The notes under the pieces were generated by a model that saw only the letters and a program-made list of their open reading frames with translations, did not search any database and was not told the DNA's origin. From contig JAUCBJ010000001.1 of the NCBI GenBank assembly GCA_032718475.1, positions 62,001-126,000 on the forward strand: a DNA stretch of 64,000 nucleotides, read 5' to 3'. Source of the stretch: Nemertoderma westbladi. Taxonomy: Eukaryota; Animalia; Xenacoelomorpha. The position numbers were made by a program, and so were the translations under genes. Shown here piece after piece: positions 38,701 through 47,838 of this stretch; the first letter of the stretch is position 1; each line of letters begins with the position of its first letter.

Positions 38701-38816
38701 ATTGGTGAACTGGCGTTTGCAGTTATTTTATAAGTAATTGGAAGAACTGACCAATCGCTTCCAGTGTCAACTAAAAATGTACCAATCTCTGGTGCGGCAA
38801 TGTATATTGCATTCAC
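35718..38816 (-). CDS. pol: Gypsy Pol polyprotein (protease, RT, RNase H, integrase)
   Basis: FLVDTGS protease; YIDDII RT; LTTDAS RNase H; HDLSHPG..CLDC zinc finger and DIVGPLP/SDRGAQF/ERFHR integrase core; 1032-aa open frame in the -1 frame relative to gag. Confidence 0.96.
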   Translation of the reverse strand: MNAIYIAAPEIGTFLVDTGSDWSVLPITYKITANASSPIKLIAANGTDISTRGLADVTFTIPSLNKTFKWSFILGDVSQPILGMDFLRSNGIGINCNNSSLFFTSSTSQSDGKQFTTNYINKTFTLNYIKSEILTNHNNERLKCLLLEHKDLFTSVDNTRPITHPVKHHIVTNGPPCYSKARPLQGARLEAAKREFAEMERKGIIVRGESPWATPLHIVTKPDKSLRCCGDYRMLNKQTQPDRYPMPKSADILNGFYGWTVFSKIDLISAFHQVPVAEQDILKTAIITPFGLFLYKRMPYGMKNASQTFQRLLDIIIDFDFAVVYIDDIIIGSKDIETHFQHLRLVLQRLTENGLKVKISKCKFFCENVEFLGVLVSKNGTQPTESKIEAIKNFPRPTTLKGLKRFLGMSGYYHRFIPHFSHTAALLTDMTQHCTSKHSQLSWSEDANTAFLKLKTAISNAVTLAFPKVNATIVLTTDASDKAVGAVVTQVIDNDSSPLAFFSRKLTALESKKSTFDRELLAVYLSLKHFPWLLGLEFKIQTDHKPLVNAMVMKTPTPQQTRWLSFISEHNCTIHYIRGSENLVADAFSRPEAEVEHTSDAIEYTETNKLHNLSIITDADESLAKEQANDPSLQVFFKNTSLPLKKLSIGKNILWCDDSTNQLRPYIPIQLRYKTFRQLHDLSHPGPKASVKMMKERYIWPGINKEVTKWAKECLDCQSSKITLHTKSPVQTIPTTSRFYTLHIDIVGPLPSSRGYKYLVTIVDRFTHWMEVIPICNITTETVAGALIRAWISRFGVPRIIISDRGAQFQSSLWSCLMERLGIERKRTTSYHPACNGAVERFHRQLKNALRAVCTNSNWYDALPLVLLGLRSTIGEHGYSPSQLVYGSEISLPSEYFLNIEPQHHLPNSSFVDKLFNKMKNFIPPERLHNKPHYVPKDLSEASHVWLRREIRQSSLQRPYQGPYKVINRNDKTVVILQNGNEIRVSVDRIKPAIKFGDTMCIQEDILSTKIKRSKRRHVTFFLTTKTYHYSQ

Positions 38817-38833
38817 CTCAGCTGCATCCGCAT

Positions 38834-39706
38834 TTAAGCTGAGGTGGTATCATTTCCCTGAGCCGTAACTTTATACCTGTTTCCACTTACCCATGTACAT
38901 GGAGCTTGACATTTCTGAGCTTGATGTCCAAATCGGAAATGGTAGAAACATAGTGGACCTTTGGGATTAAATGACTTTGATCTGGAACGGTCTCTAGGGT
39001 TTGATCTGCTTCTCCTTTCTGGAGAACGAGATCTTTGCCATTCATTTGATTTAGGTTCTGCTCTCATTGCTCTTATTTCCGCAGTAAGTTGGTCAATTTG
39101 ATTTGCCATTTTGCTTTGTGTTTCTCGCAACAGTACTATTTCCGAATTATCTGTAATAGCGCATGTGTTTCTGGTTGATTTCATACTTGACTGCTCTATC
39201 ATTTTGTCTGCTATAGTGGCTAACTTGTCTACACTAAGTTCAGATAATGACACAAGAACCAATCGAATTGGTTCTGGAAGGATTTCCAAAAAACGTATCC
39301 TAACAACATTTTCACTTCCTGGTGCGAGACGTTGGAGGTGACGCAGGGCTGCTGATGGCTTGCGATCGCCAAGATTTTGCTCACCAAGTAATGTGTGTAG
39401 CCTACGGTCATCACTGTCAGCCAGATGTCTAACAACATCTGCCTTAATTTCTTCATATGAATTTTCAAGATTCACACCACTTTCTAATATAGTGTCTGTT
39501 GGAAGCACTGCTAGTAGACTCAGCTTCTTATTACGTGGTGATTGCATTACTAGTAGTTGTTCAACTTGAGTAAACCAAATTCTTGGATCCTTTTGGTAGA
39601 ACTCAGGTAGTTTGATGCGTTTTTCTTTTTCTACATTTGCTGTTTCATTTGAAGGATTGTCATCAGCGAAGCAAGTAATGTAAAGCAAGTAATACTGCTG
39701 ATTCAT
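38834..39706 (-). CDS. gag: Gypsy Gag
   Basis: IKLPEFYQKDPRIWFTQVE, LGDRKPS and C-terminal CFYHFRFGHQAQKCQAPC, typical of Mag-like gag; true start uncertain. Confidence 0.9.
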   Translation of the reverse strand: MNQQYYLLYITCFADDNPSNETANVEKEKRIKLPEFYQKDPRIWFTQVEQLLVMQSPRNKKLSLLAVLPTDTILESGVNLENSYEEIKADVVRHLADSDDRRLHTLLGEQNLGDRKPSAALRHLQRLAPGSENVVRIRFLEILPEPIRLVLVSLSELSVDKLATIADKMIEQSSMKSTRNTCAITDNSEIVLLRETQSKMANQIDQLTAEIRAMRAEPKSNEWQRSRSPERRSRSNPRDRSRSKSFNPKGPLCFYHFRFGHQAQKCQAPCTWVSGNRYKVTAQGNDTTSA

Positions 39707-39916
39707 TTTCCTTTTTTAGGTAATCAATAACTTCGGACTTATAGCTTGGAACTACAAAATTTTGATCATGCTGTTTGAGAAGCTTTAAGGCCGCAACAAG
39801 AATACACTTCTTAAAAGTGCTTAGGTCAGCCATTTGAGAGTCTATGATACTTACCAATATTATCCACCCAATTATAGAATATGCCTGATAATAGGATCTC
39901 GTCTGGGTCATCAATA

Positions 39917-40214
39917 TGTAATGTTCTATATTTATGTAGACAAGAATTAACCAAATAATTAAAGAATATAATATTACTTAAATTCAGATTATATATTAAC
40001 AGTAGTTTTAAATGATAATAAATTAAATTAGACAGAAATAATACAAATTGATTGCATAAGTTATCTAAGTATATCAACCAGTCACCATATAGGTTAAATT
40101 AACGGCTGACTGACTAAAGGTCATTCAAACATAACAAGAGTAATGAGTTTGTAATGACATTAACAGATTGCCAATTAGATGATTGATTGAGATGGTTTAA
40201 TGTTTTGCTCTACA
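39917..40214 (-). repeat. 5' LTR (298 bp)
   Basis: Pair of 35386-35689. Confidence 0.95.
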
Positions 40215-41788
40215 CATTAAATAATTGATATACAAAAAAAGACACCTAAAATTGGCAGGTTAAACTGCTAAAGGTCTAAAAGCGCGTACAATAGTATTGC
40301 ATTATATTGTATTATACGAACTGTAGCCTATTTCTACTTGTAAGCCAGTCAAAATCTACATGAATCAAAGTTCTGTCAATCATTTCATACTGACCACAGA
40401 ACCAAGGCGCTAGTGATTGACACTGTAGCGGCGCATATTTCGGTCCCGTTGCATTTGTTTACAATTAATTATATTTATATACAAGTGTAGTGTAGTGTAG
40501 ACTACACTGGTATACACGTTTTGTATGCGTTTCTCACTCTTTTGTACTCTTTTGTACTATTTTTGCACTCTTTTGTACTATTTTTGCACTTTATTGTACT
40601 CTTTTGTACTATATTGTACTATTTTGTACTTTTTTGTACAGATTCGTCGGACCGGTAGGTGTCATTGTCAGGGTGTTCTGAGGGTTTTAAAAATTAATGA
40701 AGTTAAATTAAAAACATTAGGCCTAAGGGAGATGCAGAAAGGAGCAGGTTACAGAGGCGGTGTTTTCTAAACACAACAATAAGCGATCACTTTACCGATC
40801 CTGCAATCACCCCTGCCGATTGAGTGAAATGAGCAGGTACGTTTTAACTACCAAAGCGTATCCTTTGCCTTATAGCCTACCTGTGCCTGTTATAGTGGAA
40901 ACGTACCAGGGTACGTTTTCACTTGTTCCCACACTCACACTGCGGATCCAGGATGCATATCTATATCATATCATAGGACTAGCAGGACTCATATCTATTA
41001 TTTCAATATCCCTATTAGGCTACTTTATCTGTTTATTACTGTATTAACCTACATGAGTTGTTTCAATTGTTCAAACCAATATAAAACCACGTTCTCATGC
41101 TCGCTACGCTGTCAATTTAATCCATAATCACATTCTGCATTTAAAAACAGTTGGTTGGCCTACTATCTGACTATAAATGTTAAAATTTTCTTGCTCACTA
41201 CGCTCGCAATTTAATTACATCTGTATTTAATTTTAAAAACAGTCGGTTGACCTACTATCTGACTACGTTAATACTGTATTAATCTTAATACTTCTGCAAA
41301 ATTTATTTGCTCGCTACGCTCGCCTTTTAATATTTTAATTCTGTCTGACTGTAGGACTGCTGCAGTAGAAACTGATAAATTATTACAATATAATACAGTC
41401 AGACAGTACCTAATAATTGCAAAATTTATTGGTGAATGGTTGGCGCGCATTGAATGTCATGGCTGGCGCGCTTTTCGTTTTACCAGAACCCGTGTGGCGG
41501 GCTTTTTGTAAATAGGCCTATTCCATATAGGCTGCGGATTGCCTTTCGAGGCATAGTCTGATAGTTAACTCACGATAAGGCCTATTCGGATGTTATTAGG
41601 TCTCGTCTCGTGTAGTCAGTTCAGCAGTTAGTCTAGGCGTAGTTCGTACTATTATTTTCCTGTCTGTTATAAATCGGAATTACCGGTACTAGCTAAGTTC
41701 AACAATTTTTGATTCCTATAACTTTAGACGCCAGTCATCTCATGTTCTTTGAATTGAAACCGAGGAAATTACTGCAAGTTTCCGTACC

Positions 41789-43581
41789 ATGAGTGAAGTA
41801 TGCTCCTCTCCTGTGCCTGACGAAAACAACCCAGAATTTTTTGAGCCTGCCGGTATATCTATATCATTACCCAAATCCTCTCGGATTATTGATTCCACGT
41901 CAGTTACTACTGTAAACGAACTGCACGAACACATCTCAGACTTTCCTATTGAATCTCACGCAGCAGCACCCGGTCCTCCTGTCGACATTGGTAGTACAGA
42001 TCTCGTTTATACCGCACCAACAGCTGCTCTCAAGGATTCTACGAATCGTCAACGAGATATTAGTCCCCCATTAGAACCGGTACAACAAACTGACGACACT
42101 TCCTACGGGTATTCGCCAACTAGGCCTACTGACGATTCTGTCTTTTTTGACGCTCTAGAAGAATTAAAACCTCAGGAGGTTCATAAACCGGATAAAATTA
42201 AATCCCGTGTCAATCGAAATATATTCTCAGTTGATTTCGAATCCCTTAATACTCCGTCGGATTTTAATATCTCGTCGGTTCTTTTGGAGTTCGAACAGTT
42301 CCACTCACCGGCGCTAATCGACGTCTCGGAAGAGAATTTCCAACCGGCTAGCGGCGATTTCTTCCGGGAAGAGGATTTAGATTACCTCGCGGACCGGTCA
42401 GGGCGGGGAACCGATAAGGAGGACTCGCAACTCGCTCAGTTCTCGCTCTACCAGAAGTTCGACCCGCTTGTAAATAACCGTCGCCTAACGCAGGTTCTAT
42501 TGGCCCCGAAGAAACGTCTCTCTGTCGTGGACGAAGCCCTGAGCGAAAGCCATTGTTCGTCGGCCGACGTCACTATCTGCAAGTCGCCTCGTCTGCGTCT
42601 CTCCACCTCCGACATACGCAGCCCTTCCGTCGGATTCAACTTCTCCGGGTGTGGCGATACTAATTATAACTTCGCAGAACAACCTTTCGTTTCATTCACC
42701 TCTACCGACTCAGAACTTCGTCGCTCCATTTCAACCCGCGACTCTGTGGACTTTGTAGTCGAATCCACTGCCACTAATATTGCTTCTGCTCCCTCAAACA
42801 CATCTTTCACTCTCACTTCAAATTCCTCTCTTTCTCTTCCAACCCCCACTACTTCTTCATCGCATCCAAACAAAGTTTACCCTGTCATCGCTCCTCACAC
42901 CTCTCCTCTTCCTCCTCCCACCTCTCCTCTCCCTCCTCCCACCTCTCCCGCCCTTCCCATCTCCTCCCTTCCTCCTCCCAACTTCCCTGCCCCTCCTACC
43001 ACCCCTCCCAATCCCTCCCTCGATCCCGTAATGTCTTACTCCCCCCCTCTCCCTTCCGCCGGACGCACCAGCTACTCCCCGTTCGACGAGATCGACGACC
43101 CTTTCCGCTCCTCTACGACCATGCGTTCCTCCCCTCCCCCTGGAGCCGCTCCCTGCACCCCTCCCCACCAACTCCCACAAGCTCTCTGCCAGGACCCTCA
43201 ACCCGCGGATATTAACACCCCCGACTCGATGGAGGACAACGGGTTTAAGGATTCCTCCGAGGCGGTCAAGGACTTTAATTACCTCGAGCAGCGCGGCGGC
43301 GCTGTCGGTGTGGGGAAGTTGGCCCGGGAAAGTCTCTACGTAAAGTTCGACCCGCTGGTTCGACCCACGGCCGCTAAAACTGCGCTTATAAATAAACTAG
43401 ACGAACAGCGGGCGTCGGCTGGAGTAGATAGTATAACTTCGGTTCGCGATGACACCTCGTTGGGATCCCCGGAGGTCCCTCCCTTAGACGGCCTCTCTAC
43501 CTCGAGTAACCTAAATGTGCTACATAATGCTGACCCATTTAGTCCGCAAACTCACAAGTTTGGCACATTTACTAAGAAAAG
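41789..43581 (+). CDS. TACC: TACC (transforming acidic coiled-coil) family protein, coding exon 1
   Basis: ATG 41789 with an upstream in-frame stop; acidic Ser/Pro-rich N-terminus; two SLYxKFDPL motifs; donor AG|GTAAGT at 43581/43582 (phase 2). Confidence 0.88.
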
Positions 43582-44004
43582 GTAAGTTGTTACAGTACAC
43601 TTTTGTAGTGGCCTACCCTACATTATGCTGGCCTGTAGCAGGTGCCCTATCTTTACGTAAATGTAAGTCAAAGTTGGGGAAAATGAACGGGTCTAATTTG
43701 CTAATAAATAACTTAATTAATAATTAAAGTAAACGCCAGACTCGTAAATTTACAACGTGCCGGTATGTATTAACTGTGGCCATCGTGCAACAACATCAGT
43801 TAAGTTTTATCATTATTTACTATGATTTGGCTAGTTTATAATTATTGGCTTCCGACAACAGATGGCTCCGACTCAAACGCACACAGACATACATTTGGTA
43901 AACGGCCCTTCGTATAGTGATGACTGTTCACGGTTCACTGATGGCTCACAATTATGTCTCGCCCAACATCCATTGGTGCGCCACATTGGGTGTGTTTAGA
44001 TGGC

Positions 44005-44510
44005 GTGGCTGAGGATCGGTCGTGGCTGAGGGACGATGGTGGCTGAGAGTCGGTGGTGGCTGAGGGTCGGTCGTAGCTGAGGGTCGGTGGTGGCTGAGTG
44101 TCGGTCGTGGCTGGAGATCGATGGTGGCTGAGAGTCGATGGTGGCTGAGAGTCGGTGGCGGTTGAGAGTCGGTCGTGGCTGAGGGTCGGTGGTGGCTGAG
44201 GCTCGGTCGTGGCTGGAAGTCGGTGGTGGCTGAGAGTCGGTGGTGGCTGAGGTTCGGTCGTGGCTGAGAGTCGATCGTGGATGAGGGTCGGTGGTGGTGG
44301 CTTAGAGTCGATCGTGGCTGAGGGTCGGTGGTGGCTGAGGGTCGGCGGTGGCTGAGAGTTGGTCGTGGCTGAGAGTCGGTGGTGGCTGAGGGTCGGTGGT
44401 GACTGAGGTTTGGTCGTGGCTGGGGTCGGTGGTGGCGGAGTGTGGCTCGTGGCTGAGAGTCAGTGGTGGCTGAGTGTCGGTGGTGGCTGAGTGTCGGTGG
44501 TGTCTGAGGG
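44005..44510. repeat. G-rich ~17-bp degenerate minisatellite (ggtggtggctgagagtc)n in TACC intron 1
   Basis: Directly visible. Confidence 0.92.
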
Positions 44511-47094
44511 CTTTAACTACAAAGTTTTCCAAATTCTATGTTGGACAATACCAATATACATTGTTTGGTGTATTTTTTGTTATTGTTTTAACATAATGCG
44601 TCTTGTCTATCTATCTATAACTTAGCTTTTTAGTTAATAGGCCTAACTTATCAATGGCAGTCGCATAGGAACGCTGTACACTATGAGCATGGCCAATCAC
44701 GTTTGATTAAAATCATTGAGAATTACTTCTCATATAGTATTTGATTAGAGGCTGGCGCTACTTATTTAATTAATAAATGCACAATATTCTGGAACATTAT
44801 GATGAAGTTCTCATAAGTTGCTTGGCAACAATGCAATAGCAATGCCTAAATACAAGTACATGGATATTCATACATAAACAAATGTTCTAGAACATGGTGT
44901 ATTTATTAAATGGAATAAATGGCCTGAAAGCGGAAGTAAATACATTCATTCGTGCAACGTTCGAATGCCCATAACTCATTTATTTCCCACCCAATTCATA
45001 TATATTTACATCATTGTGTGCAAAGTAGCACATTGCAGCGTTACGACCCGAGTTTATTTATGTACCGAGCGAGTGAAGCGAGGGAGGTTTACAAATTTCC
45101 CTACCAAAATCAAATATATTTATATATTTGGAATCCTAGCACTTTCAGCTTTCTATTGGTACGTCAACAAATCACGATAAGGTTCAAGAATAATTGCAGT
45201 GTGAATGGTGAAATATCCTCGGAGACACTATTTTCAAACCCCTGTAGCTAAAGTATCAAAGCAAAAATAAAGTTATTTGAAATTAGCTCTGTTTCAAATT
45301 TCATGCAATCTCATAAAGATTTGTATAAAAATTGGGGAGAGGATGGGGCGTGTCACTGAATTACGACAAGCACTAGGCCTATATTCTAGTCAGGATATGG
45401 TGTAATGATATCCGGGCTGTGTAACATATAGAAGTGGATAGTATCACATGGACTGGACGGTCAGGGCCCCAACCGCAGGTTATCGTGTTCGGAGAACCCG
45501 AATCCGTGCTCGGCCACGGTACTAGTCTTGCGCAGGCCTTTATAGATTGCCCGGAATTTTAGGGAGCGGAAGATCTCAGCAACGAAGCGAAAACCAACAA
45601 TAGGATGTTCCTAGACCCCCCCCCCCCCCCCCCCAAAAAAAAATTTATCTAGAAGACGTTTTCCCATATACATTACGTTTCAAAAGTCTACGGTTCTCCG
45701 TCTAGGGCCAATTTGAGTCAAAAAGTCCGCCTCCCGAGCAACCTCGTTGCTATGGAGCTATAGCCAAAACGGCTAATGCTACGGAGTTGGGACCGGCGCC
45801 AATTGATAGGCAGCATATGGGTTTACCTTCACAACTTCGAGTTTGAAGTTGCCCGATCATGATCTTGACCATGATCTGATCAGCAAAGATCAGTTTTGAT
45901 CAGCAATCGGACACTCAAAGCTTGTTCCAATCGAAAAACTTAACATTACAAAAAGATTCAGCGACCCCACATTAGTCATGATTCTCGTTAAAAGATTAAA
46001 AAAAAAGTGAATTCTTCCTGATCAAAACGCAAGATCATGATCGCGCAAAGATCGGACTTCGTAAAATCGTAACTAAGCATTTTGGATATAAACAATTACT
46101 GTAGGAAACGTTCAGAACACCGGTTCTCGAGATCTGATACCTGATCATTAAAGATCGTGTTTTTCGGTTTTTTCAAATTTTCTCGAAAACTTTGTTTGAG
46201 ACCCCCGATTTTTTTTTACGAATCGACTTCTATGATGAAGGGGCAACTTTTGAGCCTTTCGAAATTTTCAAAAAGCGATTTGATCAGGCCGCGATCAGAA
46301 AAGATCGTGTTTTTGGTTTTATTTCGAAGACCAAGTCCTGGGAGTTCACCGTATGGAAAAACTTAACATCACAAAAAGATTCCTCATCCTCGAATTATGG
46401 GGGGTAGCCAAAATTTGGGCATAAAAAAGTTCAAGTCTAGTGGGTCAAAACTCAAGATCATGATCGCGAAAAGATCAGTATATTTAAAATCTAATCTAAG
46501 CATTTTTCTAATAAACACTCATTGTAAGAAATATTCAATGGTCTATTCTGAGTTGATTAAAAAAAAATTGGCTCGATCGGTCTACCGGTTCTCGAGATCA
46601 GCTTCCTGATCATAAAAGATCGTGTTTTTCGGTTTTTCCCGATTTTCTCGAAAACTTTGTTTGAGACCCCCGATTTTTTTTTTACTAATCGACTTATATT
46701 AAGAAGGGGCAACTTTTGAGCATTTCGAAATTTTCAAAAAGCGATTTGATCAGGCCATGATCAGGAAAGATCATGTTTTCGGTTTTATTTCTAAGACCAA
46801 GTCCTGTGAGTTCACCGTATGAAAAAACTTAACTAGGGATATCCCGGAATTCCGTTCCGGCCGGAATTCCGGCGGTTTTTGCCCGATTCCGGTTCCGGCC
46901 GGAATTGCCGGAATGGGGTCAATTCCGGCCGGAATTTTACCGGAATTACAAGGTTCATATCTAGTTTAATAGCTGCAATTAGTTTGTTAAATTATTATCA
47001 ACATTTATATATTTTTTAAACATTATTACCAATTAGTTTAAGATACTTTTCAACACTTGTAAAAAAGTATAGAAATAAAGATTTCTTCGACCGT

Positions 47095-47254
47095 TAGAGC
47101 TGACATTTAAGGATGAAAGGCATAGATGCCCCCTGGTTAGCCCCTTCAAACCATTCGTGCTGAATCGAAAACTGCCTTGGCCCACATGCAGGGATCGAAC
47201 CCACGACCTCCAGATAGATTGGAAATCAATGAAACCACTACACCAAGGTGGAAC
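47095..47254 (-). mobile_element. tRNA-derived SINE, second copy (truncated)
   Basis: Reverse complement tccaccttggtgtagtggtt..gggttcgatccc..ggccaaggcagttttcg, homologous to 1936-2090. Confidence 0.7.
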
Positions 47255-47500
47255 CTAATTAACCTATCTAACGAAGGAAAATTCACAGCCACCCTGTTTA
47301 TTACAGTGAATTCAGTCTTGATGGGTCTGTAACACATTTCCAAAAATGTTTTACCTGGTAATCAAACTAAAATGGTCCCACCATCTGTTACACCACTTAG
47401 GTAGTATTCATATACAATTAAATTCAAAATAACCCTTTTAATTTACATTACTAATTAAACCCTTTGTCGTTCTGAAGATATTTTATGAAATGCATCATTA

Positions 47501-47838
47501 GGCCCGTGCTCCACTGGTAAGTCGTAAGTCGTTTTCTGATATTGTCTTATAGTCAGAATGTCAAAATGAATGCCTCCTTGCTCCATTGGTAACATAAGTC
47601 ATTTGATAAAAAAAATAAGGTGCGACTCACATTTACTGCATATTTATTATACCCAAAGTAACCAATCAGAGGCATCTTGCCGGATATAACACATGATTCA
47701 TATGTCAAAAGATGTAACATGGGACATAATCACAGTCGTAATTACAATTTACCAGTGGAGACGCCCCCATTGAAACCAATGTGTTACATAATTTATTCTG
47801 ACTAAGACTACATAAGACTTACCAGTGGAGCACGGGCC
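47501..47838. mobile_element. PIF/Harbinger (Tourist-like) MITE
   Basis: Perfect TIR ggcccgtgctccactggtaagtc / gacttaccagtggagcacgggcc; 3-bp TSD TTA. Confidence 0.92.

Larger units (their letters stand above)
35386..40214 (-). mobile_element. Full-length Ty3/Gypsy LTR retrotransposon (Mag-like), young
   Basis: TG..CA LTRs 35386-35689 and 39917-40214, near identical; 5-bp TSD catta (35381-35385, 40215-40219); PBS-like ttgatgacccagacg after the 5' LTR; PPT aaaaggaaggg before the 3' LTR; gag and PR-RT-RH-INT ORFs. Confidence 0.97.
15667..41541. mobile_element. Old outer foldback element whose arms bracket a 26-kb stack of nested insertions
   Basis: 15667-15930 and its continuation at 29414-29490 are the reverse complement of 41090-41541 (ccgcag..cctatatggaata, gcgcgccagccatga, gcgagcgtagcgagc); no TSD seen. 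Confidence 0.55.
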
